Virus record (IMG/VR): IMGVR_UViG_3300032331_002637
Span: 62,001 to 119,756 of that record
Origin: an uncultured virus (IMG/VR IMGVR_UViG_3300032331_002637)
Taxonomy: Duplodnaviria > Heunggongvirae > Uroviricota > Caudoviricetes
Length of the DNA: 57,756 nucleotides
Strand: one strand, 5' to 3'
Within the stretch, counting starts at the first letter, position 1; each line of letters starts with the position of its first letter. The notes beneath the pieces are model-generated. The model saw only the letters and a list, made by a program, of their open reading frames with translations. It was not told the origin of the DNA and did no database searches. Below, one piece after another: positions 1 to 10,919 of the stretch. The position numbers and the translations under genes were made by a program.

Positions 1-3000
1 ATACAAGATGTTTCTTTAGATCTTAGTTTACTTACTGGTAAAGATGATTCAACAAAGAAACAATATAAAGCAGTAAGCACGGGGGAAAAAGGAAGAGGAT
101 ATTCAGTAATAAGAATTGGCGGAACGTTAACAAACAACAATGAAAATTGTTTCTTATTTTATAATCCATTAGGAGCTTATGGAGTTCCTGGTTCTAAATA
201 TGATATACTTAGAGCTTCTGATATGTCTTCGATTGTAGATGAATGGGGTCCTGGAAGTTTTTATTCTCAGGATAGCACATACTATTATCATGCAGGAGGA
301 ACAAAAGAAGATATAGCAAAAGCATTATCCGGATTATTAAACAGTTTTAATTATAATTCATTTGAAGCATTTGAATCTGGTGATGAATTAGTAATAAGAA
401 CTAAAGCAACAGGTACACAGGAAAATAATAAATATTATCTTGACTTCTTTTTAAATCTGTCAACTAATCAAAGAATGCCAGATTCACAAAGAGGTATCGT
501 TTTTATAAACGAGAAAGATGCCTGTGATATAAACCAAAAGCAATCTTTTGTTGGAGGATCTAATTATTCTAATACTAGAATAAAAGTTAAAATAGAAGAT
601 GCAAATAAAATAGAAGTTGGTAAAACTTTTATTGACACAGTAAAAAATACATCAACCGATTCTTTTAGCGGATTATCAACATATTCTAATAAGTCTTCAT
701 CTGTAGTTATAGGTAAGTATAGGTTCATTGATCAATATTCTAAAGATGAAAAGGGTGAGATTATAGGAATTAAAGACTTTGAAACTCATGCAACTTTAGA
801 GATTAAGAATTTCACAGAAACTGTAGCCATTGGCTCATCTGGAGATATCTCTGCATTTAATACATACGATATACCTTTAGGAGTATTCTCATTCTACGGT
901 CTAAGAGAGATTGATATGGATTTTTGGTCAAGTCAATATGGCTATACACCCACTGAGGAATATTATAAATACTTAGATGTTCAGCCTTCTGGAGTTACTA
1001 AAATAATTCCAGGTAAAACATATTTTGTATCTAATGGAGCAGAAATAACATACGGGGCTTCATCTATAAATGGTCCTGATTTCTTTGAAGGTATTGCAGG
1101 AGATGAAGAATATACTTTAGTTACTTCTTCTACAGGAGCAGAGTCTAATGTTTTTCCCACATTATCATCAAGAGGTCTTATAACATCGGGAATAACAGGA
1201 AGTAATTTTGATTATACTTTCTATCCCGATTTAGATGCTTTCCCTGGATTTTATGGGATACAATCTCTACAATTTATTAATAATACTAATGGTATTGATA
1301 CTAAATATGATGTATTAAATTTTGGTAAATTAGACTCTGAATATGATTACACTCAAGATAATTATAATCCTGAATTTGCTTTAAAAAGTAGGGTAAGTCC
1401 TTATATAACAAAATGGGTTTATAACGGAGGAACAGATATTAGAGGAAATGGATACAGACTAAATTCAAATATTGCTTTTAGTCCTCTAAATTTCTCACCA
1501 AGCTTTTTTAAAAGATCGCAAGATCCACAATACTTTACCCACGAATGGTATCATCTACAGAAACCCCCTTATTCTATACCAGAATCAAATCTTCATATTG
1601 ATAAAAATTATTTAGCAGAAGAAATAGATGAGACTTTATTGACTGATACCAATCCTGCTTTAAGAGATTATTTCTTAGATTATTTCTCAATTGAAGGTGA
1701 GGATCTTAATCCTTATTACCCTACAAGTTCAACAATTGATAAAATAGATTTAACGGAAAGATTCTCACTGTTCAATTTCAATTCAGGAAATGGATTTTCT
1801 GAAACATTATATAGAGGAGCTAAGGTAAGGATCAAGAGAACATTTACTGATTATGCACAGGGTGAATCTATAAAATATGTAGATGATGATACATTTTATG
1901 ATGATTACAAATTCTCTTGTGTAATAGTTCCTATAAAAAATATAAGTGACGAGATACAGACACCGGTAAAAGTTAAAATTATTGAAAATAGAACTTTTAA
2001 AAATATCACTTTTGTTGTTGAGGTTCTTATTGAAGATGCTAGAGCATTAGATTTTGAAAATATTAGCCCGGAACTTCAATATTTGAATCTTGACTATTTC
2101 TTACTTTATTCTCTAAAAGATAAATTAGATAGTCAATATTATCCAGTAAGTTCACCACCTAGTTGGTTACCTAATAATGATATTGAATTACCAAAAATAG
2201 GAGATGTTAAACTTTCTTCTGCTTTGAATGTCTCAACCAATCCCAATTCACAAGGATTTTTCTCTATAGTTAATAGTTCTACAACAGGAGATTCTGGAAC
2301 TATATATGTGGTACCAAATCCTAATTATGAATCAGATCTAAGAGATGAAATTAATTTTACATATTTACCTAGTGTGGTACCTTCTGTAGCTGGTCCAAAT
2401 TCAACTAGCCCAGGATCTTTCTACGGAATAGTAGGAAATTCGGGAGTAGGAGGTGGTTATACTTTACCTTTCCCTACTGGAGTTTCAGAAGATTCTGTTA
2501 AATTCACAGCTATTGATGCTAATTATGGATTTGATTTCAGTGAAATTGGTTTAGCAGGTCCTTTAGATATACCATCAACCGCTAATTACACTGCTATTTC
2601 GAATATACCAATTTATCAAAGAGAAGGAGGCAAATCATACTGGGGTAATATCTTAGAAAAAATATCATTTGCTAATTTATCACTTTGGGTTAATACTGAA
2701 TATCCATATATAGAATATAAGACTTATGTGTGGAATGAAACGACTAATACCACGGATATTTTAGATAATCAGTTTGTTTTAGAATTCATTAAACCTTCTA
2801 CATTTGTTCAAAATTCTATTCTATTTCCAGAAGAAATAGAAGATAAACCTCAAGAGCTTTCTTTATTTAATGTGGGATATAATATAACTGAATTAGAAGG
2901 AGAAACAGAATTATATAGATATGGCGGCGGTTATATTCCTAGCTTTAGAGAGATTCTAAAATTTGAGAATGTAAAGTATGATATACCTTTATGGACTACG

Positions 3001-4194
3001 CCTTCTGCTTATACATTTACTGTTAAAGTTACAGATAAAATAGAGGGGACAGAACTATATGATTTAGGTGCTAATTTATGTTACGAAATAAACGGGAACA
3101 CACAAGGGGAAATATCATTAATCAAAGGTGTCACTTATTTCTTTAATCTTAGCGATTCTAGTAATACTGGATATCAGATATATTTTTCTCGAAATAATAT
3201 TGGCAATTCTTATTCCACTGATGCTTTAACTCAAGGATATAGCTTAATTGGAACACCAGGAACTTCAGGATCTTATGTAATGTTTAAAGTTCCCTATGAC
3301 TTTTCTTCTGAAGTTTATTATGTTGCAGAGGGTGGAAAATATATGGGACATAAAATAAATGTAATAGATTCTATAGAATATTCATATTGTTCTTTTGGAC
3401 CTGGTAAGGATAATTTTGGAAACGTTAAAAACGTTAACTATTATAAATATGCAACTAATTGGATATTTAGAATAGGACAGAATTCTCCATATAATCCCGC
3501 TTATAATTTAATAGGTGAAACACCAGTAGATAAGAGAGATATTTCTCTTTTTGAGAGCTCTTGGGACGCAGGATTTTATAGACAATACTCAGGTCCTACT
3601 GGATATGTGAGTTTGCCGGGAACTAAAAATATGAAAGAAGAAAAATCTTTCTTTGGTAGCAAAGTAATGCAAACCCCTGACACAATTAATTCACAAAAAC
3701 AGATTGTTTATCCTAATTCACTTAAAGGTGTATTAGATCTTAATTATAACAATTATGCTAATTACGAAATACTTTGGGAAAACACGCCAACAGAACTAAG
3801 AGGTGTTCTATTAGTTGATAGAATGTTAACAAGATTCTTCTTAGAAAATGGAGGTAAAGAATCTTTTAATAAATTTATAATTCCTGAATTTGGATTTGGT
3901 AGTTTGTCTGATGTAGATGATGATTTTATAGAATACATAAAATTAAATGTATTACCTATTTTCCAATCTAAAGATAACGGATCTTATTTGAAAAAAACTC
4001 CAATTGCAGACACACAGACATTAATTCCTGTTACTGGAGATCTTGCAGATTACCAAAAATTAATAAATGGCTATTACCCTTCACAAGAGATTAGATACAC
4101 TAAAGTTAACGAATTAAAATACGAATTTAGAATACCAAAGGATCCTTCATTTAATTATTCTCTAGCATTTTCTATACAGATAGGAAAAATTTAA
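1..4194 (+). CDS. Very large virion structural protein (probable baseplate/tail component), 5'-truncated by the window
   Basis: Frame 1 is open from base 1 through the ATG at 223 to TAA 4194 (>1390 aa). Rich in Y/N/S/T/G and lies directly upstream of a fibre gene. No catalytic motif recognised. Confidence 0.55.
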   Translation: MQDVSLDLSLLTGKDDSTKKQYKAVSTGEKGRGYSVIRIGGTLTNNNENCFLFYNPLGAYGVPGSKYDILRASDMSSIVDEWGPGSFYSQDSTYYYHAGGTKEDIAKALSGLLNSFNYNSFEAFESGDELVIRTKATGTQENNKYYLDFFLNLSTNQRMPDSQRGIVFINEKDACDINQKQSFVGGSNYSNTRIKVKIEDANKIEVGKTFIDTVKNTSTDSFSGLSTYSNKSSSVVIGKYRFIDQYSKDEKGEIIGIKDFETHATLEIKNFTETVAIGSSGDISAFNTYDIPLGVFSFYGLREIDMDFWSSQYGYTPTEEYYKYLDVQPSGVTKIIPGKTYFVSNGAEITYGASSINGPDFFEGIAGDEEYTLVTSSTGAESNVFPTLSSRGLITSGITGSNFDYTFYPDLDAFPGFYGIQSLQFINNTNGIDTKYDVLNFGKLDSEYDYTQDNYNPEFALKSRVSPYITKWVYNGGTDIRGNGYRLNSNIAFSPLNFSPSFFKRSQDPQYFTHEWYHLQKPPYSIPESNLHIDKNYLAEEIDETLLTDTNPALRDYFLDYFSIEGEDLNPYYPTSSTIDKIDLTERFSLFNFNSGNGFSETLYRGAKVRIKRTFTDYAQGESIKYVDDDTFYDDYKFSCVIVPIKNISDEIQTPVKVKIIENRTFKNITFVVEVLIEDARALDFENISPELQYLNLDYFLLYSLKDKLDSQYYPVSSPPSWLPNNDIELPKIGDVKLSSALNVSTNPNSQGFFSIVNSSTTGDSGTIYVVPNPNYESDLRDEINFTYLPSVVPSVAGPNSTSPGSFYGIVGNSGVGGGYTLPFPTGVSEDSVKFTAIDANYGFDFSEIGLAGPLDIPSTANYTAISNIPIYQREGGKSYWGNILEKISFANLSLWVNTEYPYIEYKTYVWNETTNTTDILDNQFVLEFIKPSTFVQNSILFPEEIEDKPQELSLFNVGYNITELEGETELYRYGGGYIPSFREILKFENVKYDIPLWTTPSAYTFTVKVTDKIEGTELYDLGANLCYEINGNTQGEISLIKGVTYFFNLSDSSNTGYQIYFSRNNIGNSYSTDALTQGYSLIGTPGTSGSYVMFKVPYDFSSEVYYVAEGGKYMGHKINVIDSIEYSYCSFGPGKDNFGNVKNVNYYKYATNWIFRIGQNSPYNPAYNLIGETPVDKRDISLFESSWDAGFYRQYSGPTGYVSLPGTKNMKEEKSFFGSKVMQTPDTINSQKQIVYPNSLKGVLDLNYNNYANYEILWENTPTELRGVLLVDRMLTRFFLENGGKESFNKFIIPEFGFGSLSDVDDDFIEYIKLNVLPIFQSKDNGSYLKKTPIADTQTLIPVTGDLADYQKLINGYYPSQEIRYTKVNELKYEFRIPKDPSFNYSLAFSIQIGKI

Positions 4195-4210
4195 TGAGGA
4201 TCGAATTTTT

Positions 4211-4218
4211 GATATATA
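4211..4218 (+). promoter_or_regulatory. Putative phage late promoter GATATATA
   Basis: The same 8-mer recurs shortly upstream of many structural and leader-bearing genes. Analogous to the T4 late promoter TATAAATA. Confidence 0.6.
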
Positions 4219-4236
4219 TTGTAACTATAAATAGAG

Positions 4237-7020
4237 ATGCCGCAGATTAACATATTAAACATTTTACAGGGAGACAATCAATCAACAATAGTTGATAAGA
4301 TTAATTATAACTATGACCAAATACTTAGTGCTGGTGGTGGTCCACAAGGACAACAAGGACTCATAGGTCCTACTGGATCAGTTGGTCCCCAAGGCCCTCA
4401 GGGCGTTCAAGGGGTACAAGGTCCTTCAGGAACTAAATGGTTTGTTCAAGATAGCGCTCCAGCTATTAGTAATATAACAGGATCTAATCCATGGACATTT
4501 CCCACATTAGGAGATTATTGGTTAGATCCAGATTCAGCAAATCAAGAAGTTTATGTACTCTCTGCTACTGGATGGGTTGATACAGGATATGGATTAAATG
4601 CCGGGGAGTTATTTCAAAAAGTTACACCAATTGATATAGTTGGTGGAGCTACTGGTTCTGGTATATTAATATCAGGAACTGGAACTAGCGGTGCTACTGC
4701 TACTACATTGGTACTTTCTGATGCTTCAATTAATGATTATACACCAGGTGGATCAGCAATATATAATGTTAATTATGAAGGAGCTAAGTTAAAAATAGCT
4801 ACTAGAAATGATAGACTTAAGATATTAAGTTTTGGTAGGGCTGATCTTGATATCACAGCAGGAGCAGGTGCTACTGGATACCTAAAAAATCCTTCATTAG
4901 AATGGGCTACATCAAGCCCCGTAGCTCCTAATTTTTATGATATCTCTTTAATAAACCCAGGAGGAGCTATAGTTATAAATTCTTCAGCTACTGCAGCTTC
5001 AGGAGGAGTAAATATTTTTGCTAAGGGCGAAATAACAGCAACGAGTAGCGAGGATAACATAATGATAAAAACTGCAATACCAAATAAAGGCACCTTTATT
5101 AGTGCAGCTTCTAATGGTGGATTTCTAGAATTATCAAATCAATCATCGGGAATTCCTAGCAATAATACCAATGCTCCTTTATTTGCTAATTCAACAGGAT
5201 TAGGTATCGGTTTAGGTACAGGTCAATTTAAACAATCAGGAGACGATTCAAGAAGATTAGGGGTATTTGGAAATACTAGTATATCTAAAACTCTTTCACT
5301 ACATACTGGAGTTTTATTTACGGGTAATGCTTTATCTCCTCTAAATAACAATAAAGGTGTATTATTTGTAGAGGGACACAGTATGTTCGGGCACACAAAT
5401 CCTACCGGGGATAATTCAGGAGGAATACAAACAACTGGCCCAGCGGAAGCGCAAGGAAAATATCCTCAATTATTTATTACATCCCCTAACTACGGTCCAG
5501 GAATACAAATAAAAACCAAAGGCATCAATTACTCACCTAGAACAATAATTGGGGATGGGATTTTTGATGGATCAGGAACTGGTCCTAGTATAACTCAAGA
5601 ATTTTTTGCAGGAACTGGATATACCTTTTATCCTAACGGGCCTTTAATAAGCTACACACATAAGATATCTAATATTGCAAATTCTGGAGCATCTGGTCCA
5701 GTTTTCTCTATTACAACTTTCACAAATGCGGGTAATTATAGTTATCCAGACTCTGCTTATAGAACTCTTATAGAGACTAAAAATTCTAATAAAAGATTAG
5801 AATTAATGGCTAATAGTTATTGGGGGGAAAACAGTATTATTATGGGAGTATCGGGTTCATCTCTTTTAACCATACGTGGTCAATCAGGTGCTACTTCGGG
5901 TGGTGTTTCTATTGGGGTCAATTCAAATGTAACTACATCTTTATCTCCTTTAACAGGATCAAATTTTAATAGTTTTGGTGTTATTACTACACCTAACAGA
6001 AATAATCATAGTTTATATGTTACAGGGGTTCAGACTATAGGAACAGATAATCCTAAATCGTTGTTTAATCATCTCGGTATAAATCAAGGTAATCCTGTTG
6101 GAGGGAATTCTTTGCTTAAAATATCTAGAAATTTATATACAGCAACGACTTCGCCACCTAAAGGTAAAGGAAGTATTGCAGGTGGATACTCTATCAATAA
6201 TTATCCTAACGGTATAGAGATAACATCTTATCATCCAACTACATCATCTACACTTCCAGGAACACCTAATGACTCAGTTGCTATAGCAGTTGGAGCAGTA
6301 GATTTCTTAGATGGTGGAGCTGCAGGAAATGCGCCAGCAACTGGATTCTTTGTTAGTAATACTGGGCAAAATATAGCTGTTGGACAGTCTATAGATTATA
6401 CTGCTGCTATAGGAGTTTCCGGAGCTGGTACAGATTATGCTATTAAAGCAAAAGGAAATGTTGGGGTAACAGGAAATGTTGAGGTAATAGGAAATGCTGG
6501 AGTGACTGGTAATCTTAATGTTTCAAATGATATAATAGGAGGAAACGATCTTACTGTTACAAATGATGTAATTATTGGACCAAGTACAGGATCTTTAACA
6601 TTAAATGGAAGTAGTAAGATAAAGAAAATTTCTTCTGGACACATATTTTTCTATTTTAATGCAAGTATTTCGGAGGACCCTATAGTATATTATCCTGCAT
6701 CTCCTACTGATCCTGATAATAAATCTCTCCCAGCAGGATTTACTATTAATGCTAGTGCAGGTTCATCGCTAAGCAATGCAGCTGCTGTAGTGATTGATCA
6801 CCCAGCACAGAATCCTATTAAAACGTCGGTACAGGTAACGGGTAGATATGGTGATAATGGCTACATTATGGCATTAGGGACTTTATTTTCAGCTCAGGCA
6901 TTGGCCACTAATACCAATATTTACATGAGAGCCATGGTATCACCTGCGGGAGGAACATTTTGGGGAACCAATCAAAACGTTAAGCTAGGATTTAATTTTA
7001 CTATTATAGAATACTATTAA
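4237..7020 (+). CDS. Tail fibre / receptor-binding-like protein with short collagen segment
   Basis: N-terminal 'IVDKINYNYDQI' fibre-anchor-like segment, then a GxY run (GPQGQQGLIGPTGSVGPQGPQGVQGVQGPSG), a G/S/T-rich body and beta-helix-like repeats (GNVGVTGNVEVIGNAGVTGNLNV). Confidence 0.65.
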   Translation: MPQINILNILQGDNQSTIVDKINYNYDQILSAGGGPQGQQGLIGPTGSVGPQGPQGVQGVQGPSGTKWFVQDSAPAISNITGSNPWTFPTLGDYWLDPDSANQEVYVLSATGWVDTGYGLNAGELFQKVTPIDIVGGATGSGILISGTGTSGATATTLVLSDASINDYTPGGSAIYNVNYEGAKLKIATRNDRLKILSFGRADLDITAGAGATGYLKNPSLEWATSSPVAPNFYDISLINPGGAIVINSSATAASGGVNIFAKGEITATSSEDNIMIKTAIPNKGTFISAASNGGFLELSNQSSGIPSNNTNAPLFANSTGLGIGLGTGQFKQSGDDSRRLGVFGNTSISKTLSLHTGVLFTGNALSPLNNNKGVLFVEGHSMFGHTNPTGDNSGGIQTTGPAEAQGKYPQLFITSPNYGPGIQIKTKGINYSPRTIIGDGIFDGSGTGPSITQEFFAGTGYTFYPNGPLISYTHKISNIANSGASGPVFSITTFTNAGNYSYPDSAYRTLIETKNSNKRLELMANSYWGENSIIMGVSGSSLLTIRGQSGATSGGVSIGVNSNVTTSLSPLTGSNFNSFGVITTPNRNNHSLYVTGVQTIGTDNPKSLFNHLGINQGNPVGGNSLLKISRNLYTATTSPPKGKGSIAGGYSINNYPNGIEITSYHPTTSSTLPGTPNDSVAIAVGAVDFLDGGAAGNAPATGFFVSNTGQNIAVGQSIDYTAAIGVSGAGTDYAIKAKGNVGVTGNVEVIGNAGVTGNLNVSNDIIGGNDLTVTNDVIIGPSTGSLTLNGSSKIKKISSGHIFFYFNASISEDPIVYYPASPTDPDNKSLPAGFTINASAGSSLSNAAAVVIDHPAQNPIKTSVQVTGRYGDNGYIMALGTLFSAQALATNTNIYMRAMVSPAGGTFWGTNQNVKLGFNFTIIEYY

Positions 7021-7021
7021 T

Positions 7022-7225
7022 ATGAAGAAATGGTTTATTGAACAATATAATGATATACATGATAATCTTTCCGCAATAGAGAAAGAGATTGGATATCATT
7101 TAGAGAACAAAGAGAATCTTATCGGTCACGAAGAGATTATCGAGTCTCTTAAAACCAGAGCTCAATTAGAGATTGAGCGATTAAATAAAACAAGAGAAGA
7201 TGAAAGAAGAATCTTTAATTACTAA
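7022..7225 (+). CDS. Small coiled-coil hypothetical protein
   Basis: 67-aa ORF starting 1 nt after the fibre gene stop, with a heptad pattern. Confidence 0.55.
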   Translation: MKKWFIEQYNDIHDNLSAIEKEIGYHLENKENLIGHEEIIESLKTRAQLEIERLNKTREDERRIFNY

Positions 7226-7997
7226 AATGCTTAAAAGAAAGGATATTGTGCTTCTAGCAATAGTTGCTGCACTTTGTTTATTGCTATTTAGACAGTGCGA
7301 CAGCAACTTATCACTTAAGTCACAGATCAAGATACAGAATATGAATTTAGATGCGTTAAAAGACACTGTACGCATCCAAGAAAATAAAGCTGGAGAAGCA
7401 ACTTATGTGAGAAAGACCTTATTGTCTTCTAAGGAAGATTTAGAAAAACTCAATAAAGGATTAGCTGAAGAATTAGATAAGCAGAAGGGAAAGGTTATAG
7501 TGATTGAGAAGGTAATAACCGAGACTAAAGTTGATACACATTATGTAAATAATTATCTCACTAGTTATCAAAACGGTAATTATAGTTTAGATTGGAAATA
7601 TGATTCTTTATTTTCTGTAAACAATTACAGAAAATTTTCAGGTAAGAGTTTCTTTATTGTAGACACAATTAATAATAGTGTTATTCCAGGAAAAACCAGA
7701 ATAGATCAAGACGAAATGGGATTCTCATTTATCACTGGTCTTAGAGAGAAAGATAAAGCTCTTGAAATATTTGTAACTCCTAAATATCCAGGAATGAAAA
7801 TCACAGATATTGAGGGTGCTGTTATAGATCCTTATAAGTCTGATGTTCTTAAGTCAATGTTTCCCAACAAAAAATGGTCAGTTGGACCTTATGTTGGAAT
7901 TGGCGTGGGAGCAGGATATGGACTTAATGGTAAACCTATTGCTGGACCGGTATTTAATATAGGATTGGGTGTTCAGTATTCTTGGTTTAAATTTTAA
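7200..7997 (+). CDS. Membrane-anchored coiled-coil protein with C-terminal beta-hairpin; candidate spanin-like lysis protein
   Basis: N-terminal hydrophobic helix (IVLLAIVAALCLLLF-RQC), a coiled coil, then C-terminal amphipathic strands ending GLGVQYSWFKF. Confidence 0.45.
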   Translation: MKEESLITKMLKRKDIVLLAIVAALCLLLFRQCDSNLSLKSQIKIQNMNLDALKDTVRIQENKAGEATYVRKTLLSSKEDLEKLNKGLAEELDKQKGKVIVIEKVITETKVDTHYVNNYLTSYQNGNYSLDWKYDSLFSVNNYRKFSGKSFFIVDTINNSVIPGKTRIDQDEMGFSFITGLREKDKALEIFVTPKYPGMKITDIEGAVIDPYKSDVLKSMFPNKKWSVGPYVGIGVGAGYGLNGKPIAGPVFNIGLGVQYSWFKF

Positions 7998-8011
7998 GGA
8001 ATATATAGAAC

Positions 8012-10360
8012 ATGGCTAGCTACACATCAACACAAAGGTTTGTTAAAATCACTGATTACTTATTATTAGAGTATAATTACACAACTGCACCAACTCCTGA
8101 AATATATTATGTTAATACTGGATTCCCTGCAATAGGATTTGAAAAAATAGTAAATGGGTATTTTGATAACACTGTACAGATATTAAATGATCCTAATGCA
8201 GAAGCCACAACAAACAATGTTAGGGATTTAAGTGTAGTCCAGATTGACAAAAATAGATTTGTTACATTAGATAAAGATTACTTAGTTCCTTATTTAGATA
8301 CAGATCCTAAATTAACTTCAGTAAGTAATCTTCCTGTAGTGTTTCCTTCTAACATAGGAGTTTATTATGACTCTGTAAAATTCCATATTGTATCAGGATA
8401 CAATTTTGATAATCTTGATGGTGTAATTTTGCAAGCTAAATATCAAGAAAGAACTGGGAAAAAAGCCACGGTAATGCAGATTTTGTTACAAAAATCTGAT
8501 GTATTATTATCAGTTTTAAATCCTAATCCTATTTATTTAGGGGGTGCTTTATATGACAGATATGTAGAGGTTAAGATTCCTGCCTATGCTAATATGGTTT
8601 ATGAGTTTGAAGTACTGAATGGAAATTCCACACAGTCAAGCACATTAGCTGCAAAGATATCTTCAGATGGAAAAGGATTCTTAAAAGATGCTCCTGTAGA
8701 GTTTACAATATTTGAAGTCACACAGACTGTTCTTAAAAATGGATATCAGAATTATATAGGTCAAACTAGATCACAGCTCAGTATATTTCCCAAAGATAAT
8801 TTTAGTTCTTTAGCTGGGGTTATTCAGGAGAATCAATTTTATAATTATTTAGAATTCTATCCCACATGGGATGGTAATTTTTTAGAAGATTTCTTAACAG
8901 CAGAAGGAAAGGTGGGAAATACCTATTATGTTGTTAATGAGCTAGAGGTAAAAGAGCAAGTGGGTCTTTCTTATATAACTACATACAATTTTTCTAGCAC
9001 ACAAATAGACGATTTTAACTATCCTTCTATATTTAGGCCAGTTTTAACTAATCCTTTATCCACATCTTTTGTTGTGAATTACACTATGAGATTGGTTAAT
9101 AAAGGAAATCAGAATCAGATCATAAGAAGATCTACATTTTCTTCCTTTGATATAAACAAATACGGAAAAGAAAATAATGTAATAAATCTTACTACTGGTG
9201 CATATGCTCAGAAAGTTTATAATAAAATAATACAAGCACCTAATCTTATTTCTGGTGTGGGAGTTGCTCCTAATGTCACTCCATTAGAAAAGAAAATACC
9301 AGTATTTTATAAAGATAATAATATTTCAGTAACACAGGAAACTATAATTATAGATAAAGACGGTAATGTGATATCAGAAACATCAGGTCCAGACGTAACA
9401 CAATTATACGGTCAAGGTAAAGCCAAGATTTTAATAGATCCTTTTGATAACTTCTATAAATTCACAGTGTATAATTTAAAAGATGCAACAACTCCAGAGA
9501 TAATAGATCTTGGTAATTCTTTAACTTATTATATGGTATTTTTAGATTCTAGTGGTCAGAGTGTTAGGGTGGAAAATATAAAGAATAAAACATCAATATC
9601 TAATCCTTCACAGGGACAGGTTTCATTTAAGGTTGTTGGATCTAATTCTAAAAAAATTCTTGGATTTATTAGTAAAGAATTTTATATAGTTTCTAAGACC
9701 CCAGATGGCATAGAAACTAAGCTATATTCTGGATCTTGGCAAAATCAGTCTGAGTTTTTAGCAAGTACTAATACAATTCAAGTTGCTACTACAACTGGAG
9801 TTACTGGAGCTACTACAACCACAACTACAACTGTTTCTTCAACAGGAACAACAGGAACAACAGGAACTTCAACAACTACAGGAAATCAAATTAATTCTAA
9901 AGTACCAATTACTAAAGTTAACAAAGCTATAAAAGATTATGTTTTGGGAAGTAGCTCTATACTAAGTGTTAAACCCGCTACACAATTAAATTCTACAGGA
10001 TCTGGAGTTTCTGTTGGAAAATCGTCATTATCCATACAAAGTTCTTTACAATCGGTTAATATAAATATACCAGCTTTAGCTGATTCAATAGCAGGTAAAG
10101 AATCACTAATATTTGGGGCAACAGTGATTGTGTCTGATGTACAAAAAGTAGTTAATTATTATTTTACACCAGGATCCCCTGGAGCAACATTATTTAAAGG
10201 TATAAAACCTAGTCAATTCTTAACTGCAGCTTTACAGATTCACCCTAAATTAGCAAATGGAACTTTTGATCCCACATATGTCAAATATTGTAATGCTTTA
10301 GTATTTCCTGTTACTAATGATCCTGAAGCAGCTGCAAATAAAGGTAAGACAAAGAAATAA
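8012..10360 (+). CDS. Probable virion structural protein
   Basis: 782 aa, preceded by GAATATATA (7999-8007). Beta-rich with a Thr/Gly-rich linker near the C-terminus. Located in the tail gene cluster. Confidence 0.5.
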   Translation: MASYTSTQRFVKITDYLLLEYNYTTAPTPEIYYVNTGFPAIGFEKIVNGYFDNTVQILNDPNAEATTNNVRDLSVVQIDKNRFVTLDKDYLVPYLDTDPKLTSVSNLPVVFPSNIGVYYDSVKFHIVSGYNFDNLDGVILQAKYQERTGKKATVMQILLQKSDVLLSVLNPNPIYLGGALYDRYVEVKIPAYANMVYEFEVLNGNSTQSSTLAAKISSDGKGFLKDAPVEFTIFEVTQTVLKNGYQNYIGQTRSQLSIFPKDNFSSLAGVIQENQFYNYLEFYPTWDGNFLEDFLTAEGKVGNTYYVVNELEVKEQVGLSYITTYNFSSTQIDDFNYPSIFRPVLTNPLSTSFVVNYTMRLVNKGNQNQIIRRSTFSSFDINKYGKENNVINLTTGAYAQKVYNKIIQAPNLISGVGVAPNVTPLEKKIPVFYKDNNISVTQETIIIDKDGNVISETSGPDVTQLYGQGKAKILIDPFDNFYKFTVYNLKDATTPEIIDLGNSLTYYMVFLDSSGQSVRVENIKNKTSISNPSQGQVSFKVVGSNSKKILGFISKEFYIVSKTPDGIETKLYSGSWQNQSEFLASTNTIQVATTTGVTGATTTTTTTVSSTGTTGTTGTSTTTGNQINSKVPITKVNKAIKDYVLGSSSILSVKPATQLNSTGSGVSVGKSSLSIQSSLQSVNINIPALADSIAGKESLIFGATVIVSDVQKVVNYYFTPGSPGATLFKGIKPSQFLTAALQIHPKLANGTFDPTYVKYCNALVFPVTNDPEAAANKGKTKK

Positions 10361-10367
10361 TTAACAA

Positions 10368-10919
10368 ATGATTTTAAATGCTAGACAGAATGGTTTCATC
10401 TTTAATTTTCCTAAGGGATTTGTAGTTGATAGTGTAATTGATAAGTATTCTAAATATGTTAAGAGAATGCCCATTCCTTATGACACAGTAAATGACTTTA
10501 TAAATTCAACTATTCAGCAAGTTAATTTTCCCACACTCAGAACTATAGATACTGTGGAACAAATTAGACCTGGTGGTTTTAAACAAACTTATAAGAGTGC
10601 TACAACTCTACAAAATTTAATACAAAGAGATTTCACTGTCACTTTTAAGTTGGGCGAAGGATTTATAAACTATTGGATTTTGTATGAGAACATAATAAAG
10701 TTCTTGGATTTCCAAAATCCGGAACAATATCTACAGGACTTTAGATTATTATTACTTGATAATGAGGGAGTTGTTATGGCTAGCGTGCTTCTACAACAGC
10801 CGGTCTTCACTTCATTATCTGAAATACAATTGAACTACGCTTCAAGTACACCTCAATTTTCTACTTTCTCAATAGGATTTAAATGTAATTACGTGGATGT
10901 TAAACTTGAAATCGGATAA
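10368..10919 (+). CDS. Tail tube-fold protein (T4 gp3/gp19-like)
   Basis: The pattern IQQVNFP...FTVTF...NYW...LLLLDNEG...FTSLSEIQL...FSIGFKCN resembles T4-type tail tube/terminator proteins. Confidence 0.55.
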   Translation: MILNARQNGFIFNFPKGFVVDSVIDKYSKYVKRMPIPYDTVNDFINSTIQQVNFPTLRTIDTVEQIRPGGFKQTYKSATTLQNLIQRDFTVTFKLGEGFINYWILYENIIKFLDFQNPEQYLQDFRLLLLDNEGVVMASVLLQQPVFTSLSEIQLNYASSTPQFSTFSIGFKCNYVDVKLEIG

